This document shows, piece by piece, positions 51,049-58,766 of a DNA stretch of 64,000 nucleotides (its first letter is position 1; each line of letters opens with the position of its first letter). Source of the DNA: an uncultured Flavipsychrobacter sp. (lineage in GTDB: Bacteria; Bacteroidota; Bacteroidia; Chitinophagales; Chitinophagaceae); the NCBI GenBank assembly GCA_964588295.1, contig CAZPOT010000003.1, positions 135,785 to 199,784 on the forward strand. Reading direction: 5' to 3'. Under the pieces are notes generated by a model that saw only the letters and a list, made by a program, of their open reading frames with translations, was not told where the DNA came from and did not search any database. Both the position numbers and the translations under genes were made by a program.

Positions 51049-51372
51049 ATGAAAAAGCTGATTTGCATACTGGTAGCATTGTTTGTATTTGCTGGCCAGG
51101 CATCATTTGCACAAGACAAGAAAGCACCTGAAAAGAAAGCGCTGAAAGCTGAAAAAGCATCAGGCAAAAAGAAAGCAGATGCTCCTGCCGCTGCCGACAA
51201 AAAGGCAACTAAGGTGAAGAAGGATGGAACGCCTGACATGCGCTACAAAGAAAACAAGGAAGCCGCCAAAGCAACGCCGGCAGGCCCAATGAAAAAAGAC
51301 GGCACTCCCGATATGCGCCACAAAGCCAATAAGGAAGCAGCTGCAAAGGCAAAAGACGAGAAGAAGAAATAA
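51049..51372 (+). CDS. Lys/Ala-rich secreted low-complexity protein with internal repeat
   Basis: signal peptide; KKDGTPDMR(Y/H)K(E/A)NKEAA repeated twice. Confidence 0.5.
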   Translation: MKKLICILVALFVFAGQASFAQDKKAPEKKALKAEKASGKKKADAPAAADKKATKVKKDGTPDMRYKENKEAAKATPAGPMKKDGTPDMRHKANKEAAAKAKDEKKK

Positions 51373-51491
51373 TAATAGGCTGCCAGTAGCAACTGGCACA
51401 CTAATTATACGGGGATAGCAAAGCTGAAAGAGGATCATTTTTTTAGTTTTGCTATCTTTTTTTAAATCATCACCCCCTCTAAAAGCATTTT

Positions 51492-52037
51492 ATGCGATCA
51501 ACAGTAGTTCTTTCTGCATTTGTTTTATCCCTTTTTATGTTGGTATCGTGCGGCAATACCGATGAAAAATGGAGCACGTATACCTCCGGAGAAGGCGGCT
51601 TTTCCATTAGCATGCCCACCAAAGTAGAAAAAACCGAAAAGGTAGAAGTAACACCATTCGGCAAGCAAAAGACACATTTCGTTACCTGGAAGCCATCTGC
51701 CCTGGCGATCAATAAATTCAAACTGTTCCAGGTTAGCTATACCGACTGTCCTTCAAAGTTTATAGAAGACAGCATAATGCGAGACTTTATGCTGGATAGC
51801 TCCATCCGCATGCGCTACCGCGACTTTACCGAGAGGGATGATGTGCAGGGCCAGAGCATCGAACTGAACGGCTACCCCGGCAGGGCCTTTATTTTTGAAG
51901 GGAAGGACGATGTGACTATAGTGAAGCAGTGCATCACCAATGGCCGCCGCTACGACCTTACCGTTATAGCCAAAGAAGGCCAGGGCACCAACCCCGAGAT
52001 CAGCCAGTTCTTCAACTCCTTCCAGGCATTGAAGTAA
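51492..52037 (+). CDS. hypothetical lipoprotein (181 aa)
   Basis: lipobox (LVSCG). Confidence 0.5.
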   Translation: MRSTVVLSAFVLSLFMLVSCGNTDEKWSTYTSGEGGFSISMPTKVEKTEKVEVTPFGKQKTHFVTWKPSALAINKFKLFQVSYTDCPSKFIEDSIMRDFMLDSSIRMRYRDFTERDDVQGQSIELNGYPGRAFIFEGKDDVTIVKQCITNGRRYDLTVIAKEGQGTNPEISQFFNSFQALK

Positions 52038-52185
52038 CTTAAAAGTATTGCCTCGTAAGCAAAAGGTCCTGTGTCATCACACAAGACCTTTTTTTATGCC
52101 CATCCGGTACTTTTAGGTTGGATTATTAACTTCCAACTCCAACTTACCACTTACAGATGACTTACGACTGATGACTGATGACTCC

Positions 52186-53109
52186 TTAATTGTCGTAAGT
52201 ACGCGGCACCTTGGGATCGGTAACTATTATGTAGTTGCCATTAGCCTTATACTTGCTCCAGTCTATCTTCGGGAACGATTCATCGCTGCAGGTAGACACC
52301 ACCATCTTCTTCAGCCTGGGGTTATACTCATTCAACTGCTCTACCACCGCAAAACCCTCATCGCTGTGGAATCTGCCATTCACCTGCATTATCTTCTTGC
52401 TCCTGTTAGCATTCTTCTTCTTGTATTCGGCAATGGAGTAGGCCATAGTGGCATCCCATAGAGATTGCGCCGTCACCAGGTCAAAGCCACCCATGCCTGC
52501 TGGCATAGCAGCTGCTTTGGCACTATCGCTGCCTGTGCTATGCTCCCCTACACCAGTAAGCTTTGCTAAATACTTGCCTGTGGCCAGCTTATACGGCAGC
52601 GGCGCAAAATACCCCTGCGATTCGCGGGGCAGCTTCTTCAGGTATTCCTGGCCTTTGCGGCCTGCCAGGTTGCTGTAGCGGCCTGCTGCATTGGCGCATA
52701 TCACATCTATACCGTTCTCTTTGGCAAACTCTACCATGGGTTTGTAGTCGCGGTAGTTGCTCCAGGCGCGGGCATCTTTTATAAACTGCTTCTCTTTTAT
52801 AAAGCCCAGCAGGTACTCATTCATTACCGGTTGCACGTCGCGGTCAAACATCTCCATAGACAGCGCCACCTCGGGGTATTTGTCGTAGAGCAGCGCCAGC
52901 AATGTCTTTTCTATATAGTGGGTCACACTGTCATTATGCTCCTCGCCCAGGAACAGGATGTCGTAGTTGATAAGGTCTTCTGCCACCACGTTAAGCGGCA
53001 CCTCCTTATCCAGCTTTACGGAATAGATGCGGTAGTTGGCCTCAGACAATTGTGCCCACCCGCATACCGACGACGCCAGCAGCGCCACAGAAAAAAGGAT
53101 ACGTTTCAT
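52186..53109 (-). CDS. ChaN/Tiki-like family periplasmic protein (putative haem-binding)
   Basis: signal peptide; GEEHND motif region resembling ChaN family. Confidence 0.45.
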   Translation of the reverse strand: MKRILFSVALLASSVCGWAQLSEANYRIYSVKLDKEVPLNVVAEDLINYDILFLGEEHNDSVTHYIEKTLLALLYDKYPEVALSMEMFDRDVQPVMNEYLLGFIKEKQFIKDARAWSNYRDYKPMVEFAKENGIDVICANAAGRYSNLAGRKGQEYLKKLPRESQGYFAPLPYKLATGKYLAKLTGVGEHSTGSDSAKAAAMPAGMGGFDLVTAQSLWDATMAYSIAEYKKKNANRSKKIMQVNGRFHSDEGFAVVEQLNEYNPRLKKMVVSTCSDESFPKIDWSKYKANGNYIIVTDPKVPRTYDN

Positions 53110-53204
53110 CTATATCGTTTGTGTAAAGCTATGAATTGCCCCGAAATAAAGCACCCTTTTGACGGCTATCAAAAGGGTGCAGAAATATATTGTTTATTAG
53201 ACGA

Positions 53205-53301
53205 GGCTTTGCGTGCTCTGCCTGCTTGAAAATCTCTTTGCGTACTTTACGTAAACTTTTTTTGCGGTTCTTTGCCTGTTGCCGACAGGCAGGCGTGAAA
53301 C
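53205..53301 (+). repeat. CTTTGCG(TGAA) degenerate repeat array, locus 6
   Basis: gctttgcgtgctctgcctgcttgaaaa / ctctttgcgta / tttttgcgg / ttctttgcctg ... gcgtgaaac; first unit near-identical to locus 5. Confidence 0.85.
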
Positions 53302-53314
53302 CCTTGCATTGACA

Positions 53315-54298
53315 CTAAGACTTCGCCAGCGATCCCTTCAAAAAGTCGATCACCTTTACTTCTGTAGCATCAAGTTCGCGCATATCAGCCAGTATCACAG
53401 ATACCCAGTCGGTAAGATGTATCAGGTAGAAAGCCTTCTCCCAGTAACTCTTGCCTTCAGAGAATATCTCTACAATATTTGGTGTGTATTTCTTGATGAT
53501 CTTTTTGTTGATCTCCATCCTTGTCTGCACGCGCTCGTAATCGTCGTCGTTGCGCAGCAGGATCACCACTTTATCTTTGGCATCATCGCGCCAGCCTACC
53601 AGCTCGTTGTGGTTCATTTCAGGTATGGCCGCGTGCCAGCACAGCATCTTGCTGTTCTCATTCAGCTGCTGGCGGAAGCGGATAGCAACACCCTCGTAAG
53701 TAGCAGCAGAGTAGATAATAGGCAGCTTGCCAAAAATCTTTTTGGCTATAGCTTTAGCCTTTTTCTGAGTATCGTTTTCAGCAGCCTTCATGCTCTTGAT
53801 GGCAGCAGCTATTTCTTTCTCAAACTTGTTATCTACCAGGCCAAAGTGGCTCAGCGTAAACAGTATCTGTATCAGCGAATAGCCCAGGCACGCACGCGGA
53901 GGCATACCTGCCGGTACCAGTATGCAATCCAGTCCTTTCTTCTTGGCTATCTCGGCTACCTTACCGCCCGATGTGATACAGATAACCGTAGACTTCATTT
54001 TCAGTGCATGGTTCAGCGCCTCAACGGTCTCTTCTGTGTTGCCGGAATAAGAGCAAACGATAACCAATGAACTCTTGCTCACAAATGCAGGCAGGAAATA
54101 ATCTTTGTTTACGGTAAATGGCATCTTCAGCTTATCGAACACATAGTTCTGAACGATAGAGCCACCTATACCGCTGCCGCCAAGGCCGGTTACCACTACG
54201 TTGGTAAACTCTGCCTGCGGTGTTACAAAACGATGATTTTTTCCTATTATCAAACCCTCCTGCAGTTGGGTAGCAAATTCATGTACTAACTTTTTCAT
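53315..54298 (-). CDS. SIS-domain bifunctional phosphoglucose/phosphomannose isomerase-like protein
   Basis: 327 aa, two SIS-like halves, GLGGSGIGG motif. Confidence 0.55.
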   Translation of the reverse strand: MKKLVHEFATQLQEGLIIGKNHRFVTPQAEFTNVVVTGLGGSGIGGSIVQNYVFDKLKMPFTVNKDYFLPAFVSKSSLVIVCSYSGNTEETVEALNHALKMKSTVICITSGGKVAEIAKKKGLDCILVPAGMPPRACLGYSLIQILFTLSHFGLVDNKFEKEIAAAIKSMKAAENDTQKKAKAIAKKIFGKLPIIYSAATYEGVAIRFRQQLNENSKMLCWHAAIPEMNHNELVGWRDDAKDKVVILLRNDDDYERVQTRMEINKKIIKKYTPNIVEIFSEGKSYWEKAFYLIHLTDWVSVILADMRELDATEVKVIDFLKGSLAKS

Positions 54299-54315
54299 GC
54301 TATTTTTATCGTTTA

Positions 54316-54672
54316 ATGTCCAAACATAGTGAAATTGGTATAAAGGGCGAACAAATTGCCGCAGACTTTTTGCAAAAGAAAGGTTATACTATTATTAATC
54401 AAAACTGGCGCACAGGCAGGAAAGAGGTAGACATAATAGCCTACAAGGATGATATACTGGCTATTGTGGAGGTTAAGACCCGCAGCGGCCTCGCCTTTGG
54501 CTACCCCGAAGAATCTGTGACGCCCCGCAAGCAGCAGCACCTCCGCGACGCCGCCCAGGCCTTCTCCGACCTCAATCCCCACTACCGTAACATCCGCTTC
54601 GATATTGTCAGCATATCTATCACCCGCGGACAAGTCACCGAGATCATCCATTTCGAAGAAGCTTTCTACTGA
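54316..54672 (+). CDS. yraN: YraN-family (UPF0102) endonuclease
   Basis: 118 aa; GExxA...EVD...EVK PD-(D/E)xK-like core (KEVDIIA...VEVKTR). Confidence 0.8.
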   Translation: MSKHSEIGIKGEQIAADFLQKKGYTIINQNWRTGRKEVDIIAYKDDILAIVEVKTRSGLAFGYPEESVTPRKQQHLRDAAQAFSDLNPHYRNIRFDIVSISITRGQVTEIIHFEEAFY

Positions 54673-54762
54673 AGAGTAGGATTTGCTGCAATAGTTCAGC
54701 GGCGTTCTGGTTGCCGCACGAGTGAGCGCATCTAAAACGGCTATTGTTGCTGCCCGACAAAA

Positions 54763-54800
54763 TTTGACAACTTTTCAAAAGTTGTCAAATTTAGCTACAG
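54763..54800 (+). repeat. palindromic intergenic element TTTGACAACTTTTCAAAAGTTGTCAAA plus TTTAGCTACAG tail
   Basis: perfect 27 nt palindrome; third copy. Confidence 0.85.
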
Positions 54801-54815
54801 TATCCATTGTACACA

Positions 54816-54975
54816 CCTTTGCGCTTTCCGCGGCTCTTTGCGTGAACCCTCTAACCACACCTTTGCGCTCTTTGCCTTCTCCAAAAAGAACTTTGCGTGC
54901 TTTGCGCCTTCCTCTGCGTGCTTTGCGTGAACTCCCCCTTTGCGTGAACCCCTTATTTATGCATTCACGCGAAAC
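54816..54975 (+). repeat. CTTTGCG(TGAA) degenerate repeat array, locus 7 (largest)
   Basis: about 10 units including ctctttgcgtgaaccc, cctttgcgctctttgcc, gctttgcgtgaac, ccctttgcgtgaacc, ending in inverted TTCACGCGAA. Confidence 0.85.
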
Positions 54976-55029
54976 TTCTCCTCAAATACACCAAAATCAA
55001 TTAACTTTAAAACACAAGTAATACTACTT

Positions 55030-57276
55030 ATGAAGAAAGTAATAGCAGCACTGCTGTTCAGCAGCATATGTATACCCGCGCTCCGCGCACAGCAAAAGGC
55101 AGGTCTGTCTGCCCCTACATTGCAATACCTCAGCAGGGCAAAAAAGGCCGGCCCCGGCCAGCACGTGCCCGACTATGTATACAAGGTCATCGGAGGCAAG
55201 AAGTACATCAGCGGTATGATACAGGTAAGCACCGGTGTCGACCAGTCTGCGCTCGATGCGCTGGGCGTATTGGGGGGCACCCGCGCCGGCAATATATGGA
55301 CCGTACAGGTGCCGCTGGATAAGGTGGAAGCCTTTACCCAGGTGGCCGGCATCCGCTATATAGATGTAGACCTCCCCATCATCCCCACGCTCGACTCTGC
55401 CCGGAAGATGACCCGTGCCGACTCCGCGCAAAAAGGCATTTACCTGCCTATGCCATTTACGGGCGAGAACGTGGTGGCGGGCATTATAGATGCCGGCTTC
55501 GACTATAACCACACCACCTTTTACGATACCGGCCGCGGCCAGTACCGCATAAAGCGCGTGTGGAACCAGAAGACCATGGGTACCCCGCCCGCAGGCTACG
55601 CTTATGGCCAGGAGATCACAGATACCAACACCATGAAGGCCGTAGGCTACGATACCACTATCACATCTCACGGCAGCCACGTGGCCGGCATAATGGCCGG
55701 TAGCGGCGTAGATGGCGGTGTGGGCGGCAAGTACCGCGGCTTTGCTTACGAGAGCGATATAGTGATGGTGGGCATTATGCCATCGCCCCTGCAGTGGATA
55801 AACACCGGCGTAAGCGATGTGGTAGATGGTATGAACTACATCTACCACTATGCGTCTGCAGTGGGCAAGCCTGCGGTGGTTAACCTTAGCTGGGGCAGCA
55901 CACTGGGCCCGCACGATGGCAACTCCCTCTTTAGCCAGGCGGCCGATTTTCTTACGGGCGCAGGTAAAATATTTGTTTGCGCCGCGGGCAATAACGCCCA
56001 GGATACCGTGCACGTGCAAAAGAACTTTACCCTTACCGATACCATCATACACACCTTCGTCAACTTCTCGCCCGCCCTCGATGCAGCCCATAAAAACACC
56101 TATGTGGATGTATGGGGCGATACCGGCGCATCGTACTGCATGAACATAAAGCTCTACAACGGCGCCTCGGCTATCGATTCTACCGGCTGGGTATGCGTAT
56201 CGGCCGCCGGCAGCCAGGACTTTAACCTCATTGGCAGCAATGGCGATACCTGCATGGTTACCATTACCACCGTGCCTGCCGAGTACAACGGCAAGCCACA
56301 CGCCTTTATATACCTGCACAGCAAGGTACCCGATAACATATGCCTCAGCACCCGCGGCTACGGACTTATAGATATGTGGGAGGGCTATGTAATGCCGCCG
56401 GTAGGTTATTACGGCACCCTCTCCAGCAACGGCTACCCGTGGGCCCGCAGCGGCGATGCCGAGTATACCGTGTCCGATATTGGCAGCACAAAGTCGGCTA
56501 TAACAGTGGCGGCGTATAATACCAAGCCCCGCTTTACCAATATATCGGGCGCCACATACACCTTTCCCGGCGCTACACGCGGCAAGCTGGCGCCATTCTC
56601 CAGCCACGGCCCTACTGCCGATGGCCGCGTGAAGCCCGACATTGCAGCACCCGGCTTTGGCGTAGTATCGGCCATCAGCTCTTACGACCCATCGTTCCTG
56701 CCTGCAGGTGCCGATTACGACAACCTCATACAGAGCCATGCCGATGCGGCCACCAGCCGCAACTATGGCTATGCTATACTGGCCGGCACCTCTATGGCAT
56801 CGCCCTGCGCCAGTGGCATAGTGGCCATGATGCTGCAGCAAAACCCTACACTCACGCCCGATGAAGCTAAGAACATCATCAACACCACGGCTATAAAAGA
56901 CACCTTTACCAGCACCATACTGCCCCCTGCCGGCACCAACCTGTGGGGCCATGGCAAGATAAACGCCTACAAAGCCCTGCGCTACATGGTGGGCAACCTG
57001 GCTGTAGATAACCAAGGCATAGACGCTATGGACTGCGTACTGTACCCCAACCCCGGCCCCGGCAACTTTACCCTCAGCTATACCGGCAAAACGGCCGACA
57101 AGCTCGATATCTGCGTGTACGACATTACAGGCCGCATGGTATACTGCAATACCTGGACCGTGCAGCAAGGCACCAACCAGCGCAACCTCGACCTCGCCAC
57201 CCTGCCCAAGGGCACCTACCTCACCAGGGTCTCTAGCATCACCGGCCACACAACCATAAAAACGGTGATACAATAA
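55030..57276 (+). CDS. S8-family subtilisin-like serine peptidase with T9SS C-terminal sorting domain
   Basis: signal peptide from internal Met (MKKVIAALLFSS...), catalytic motifs DAGFD / HGSHVAG / GTSMASP, C-terminal ~80 aa Por secretion CTD (VLYPNPGPGNFTL...TYLTRV). Confidence 0.85.
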   Translation: MKKVIAALLFSSICIPALRAQQKAGLSAPTLQYLSRAKKAGPGQHVPDYVYKVIGGKKYISGMIQVSTGVDQSALDALGVLGGTRAGNIWTVQVPLDKVEAFTQVAGIRYIDVDLPIIPTLDSARKMTRADSAQKGIYLPMPFTGENVVAGIIDAGFDYNHTTFYDTGRGQYRIKRVWNQKTMGTPPAGYAYGQEITDTNTMKAVGYDTTITSHGSHVAGIMAGSGVDGGVGGKYRGFAYESDIVMVGIMPSPLQWINTGVSDVVDGMNYIYHYASAVGKPAVVNLSWGSTLGPHDGNSLFSQAADFLTGAGKIFVCAAGNNAQDTVHVQKNFTLTDTIIHTFVNFSPALDAAHKNTYVDVWGDTGASYCMNIKLYNGASAIDSTGWVCVSAAGSQDFNLIGSNGDTCMVTITTVPAEYNGKPHAFIYLHSKVPDNICLSTRGYGLIDMWEGYVMPPVGYYGTLSSNGYPWARSGDAEYTVSDIGSTKSAITVAAYNTKPRFTNISGATYTFPGATRGKLAPFSSHGPTADGRVKPDIAAPGFGVVSAISSYDPSFLPAGADYDNLIQSHADAATSRNYGYAILAGTSMASPCASGIVAMMLQQNPTLTPDEAKNIINTTAIKDTFTSTILPPAGTNLWGHGKINAYKALRYMVGNLAVDNQGIDAMDCVLYPNPGPGNFTLSYTGKTADKLDICVYDITGRMVYCNTWTVQQGTNQRNLDLATLPKGTYLTRVSSITGHTTIKTVIQ

Positions 57277-57367
57277 TTAAATTCCAAGAGCCAAATTCCA
57301 AACTCCAAAGGCCCGCCGCAAGGTGGGCTTTTTGTTTCTTTTGGGCATTGCGAATGGTAATACCCGA

Positions 57368-57486
57368 CGCCCGATGAAAAAATAAAGAACCGGAATTTTA
57401 GGTTTTTATGTATTGATTATCAAAGCAAGGACGGAGGACAGACACCCGATTTGCACCCGACATTACCCGGTTACACCCGGTAGGCA
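57368..57486 (+). repeat. ~125 bp tandem-duplicated intergenic element, copy 1
   Basis: CGCCCGATGAAAAAATAAAGAACCGGAATTTTAGG...CCCGACATTACCCGGTTACACCCGG. Confidence 0.75.
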
Positions 57487-57615
57487 GAAAATGGTTGTCA
57501 GAATCAGAATTGGCCAGAATTATAGACTTTACGAAATACCTGCATAGTGTTACGGTGAGCTTGTCGAATCCGCGACACGGACATGGGTGGGCCCGGCAAA
57601 TGGGAACACACCCTA

Positions 57616-57741
57616 CACCCGATGAAAAAATACTGAACCGGAATTTGAGGCTATTATGTATTGATTGTCAATAGGAAGCGGGAAAACCAACACCCGGTTT
57701 AAACCCGACATTACCCGGTTACGCCCGATTGCCGGACAATG
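57616..57741 (+). repeat. ~125 bp tandem-duplicated intergenic element, copy 2
   Basis: CACCCGATGAAAAAATACTGAACCGGAATTTGAGG...CCCGACATTACCCGGTTACGCCCG; roughly 75-80% identical to copy 1 by eye. Confidence 0.75.
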
Positions 57742-57970
57742 CAGCTGCCAGTGCAGGCGGTGCCGTAAAGTGATAGAGCGATAAGTCAAAGAGCGGGAAA
57801 CACGGTTATTCCCAAGCTGCAAATTGCACCTAATAATGACGGCTGCCAAATTGAATTTGGCTATGGGCTATAGTGCGGGTAAATATGTGTATAACTCCGG
57901 TGAGTTGCTACGATTTATTGGCCAAACACGGTCATTGCGACGAAGGAAGCAACCTCGCAAGCGGTGGAGT

Positions 57971-58282
57971 TCACGAAATAGCCTCGCTTAGTAATGATGA
58001 GATTAATTCCTGTATATCTCCATTAGTTGGCTGCTCTTCAGTTTCCTCAACATCATCAAATTCATGGTAATCATGGTCAATTTCTAGATCAAATGGATAA
58101 TGATGCAAGTCTTTTAAATGCCAATCACTAACAAAGAACCAAAGTCCATAGATCAAACGGCTTCTAAGGAAGTCTCTTATATACTCTACTGCTAACTTAT
58201 TTTTATTTGTGTAAACTACTTCTCCGCACTGTTTGTAATTTCCAGCGTCGCGATATAGGTAGAGTAGCTTAATGTTCATCAA
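57971..58282 (-). CDS. hypothetical protein (103 aa) with acidic C-terminus
   Basis: AT-rich ORF divergent from the NUDIX-helicase operon; ...HEFDDVEETEEQPTNGDIQEL tail; no known domain. Confidence 0.45.
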   Translation of the reverse strand: MMNIKLLYLYRDAGNYKQCGEVVYTNKNKLAVEYIRDFLRSRLIYGLWFFVSDWHLKDLHHYPFDLEIDHDYHEFDDVEETEEQPTNGDIQELISSLLSEAIS

Positions 58283-58346
58283 ACAAAGTTAGCCGCGCTG
58301 TTATTCGTCACGTTGGCTTTTAAGTCACGTTAGGATAAAACAAAAA

Positions 58347-58766
58347 GTGGTATTTTGTACCACTATGGATAAGCCGATTATTAACGTTACCTGCGCTATA
58401 ATTCAGAATGAGGGAAAAGTATTTGCTGCACAACGTAGTGCTTCAATGCGTCTTCCCCTGAAATGGGAATTTCCAGGTGGTAAAATAGATGCAGGCGAAA
58501 CTGACGAGCAATGTATATTGCGAGAACTAAAGGAAGAGCTCGGAATAAACGGCGAAATCATCGAACGGCTGAATGCTTGCGCTTTTGAATACGAACATAA
58601 TATTGTTAATCTCATTCCTTTCATTGTTCGCCAAAAAGATGGAGTAATTGCTCTTACTGAACATGCACAATACATTTGGGCCGACATACCAACATTAAAA
58701 CAATTAGATTGGGCACCTGCAGATATCCCCATCCTTAACGATTATATTCGCCAATATGGAACTTAA
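58347..58766 (+). CDS. NUDIX (MutT-like) hydrolase
   Basis: Nudix box GGKIDAGETDEQCILRELKEELGI; about 135 aa; start may be ATG at 58365 (MDKPII...). Confidence 0.85.
   Translation: MVFCTTMDKPIINVTCAIIQNEGKVFAAQRSASMRLPLKWEFPGGKIDAGETDEQCILRELKEELGINGEIIERLNACAFEYEHNIVNLIPFIVRQKDGVIALTEHAQYIWADIPTLKQLDWAPADIPILNDYIRQYGT

Noticed and set aside
55024-57273. 749-aa ORF antisense to nearly the entire S8 peptidase gene
   Set aside because: The translation is Gly/Ala/Val/Arg-rich low complexity with no motifs. The sense strand has clear subtilase catalytic motifs and a T9SS CTD. Long antisense ORFs are expected opposite GC-rich third-position genes.
57368-57741. Interpretation of the tandem ~125 bp repeats as attL/attR of an integrated element
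   Set aside because: Both copies are on the same (left) side of the islet, no third copy was found at the right boundary (62150-62280), and no integrase is present; recorded as a tandem duplication instead.
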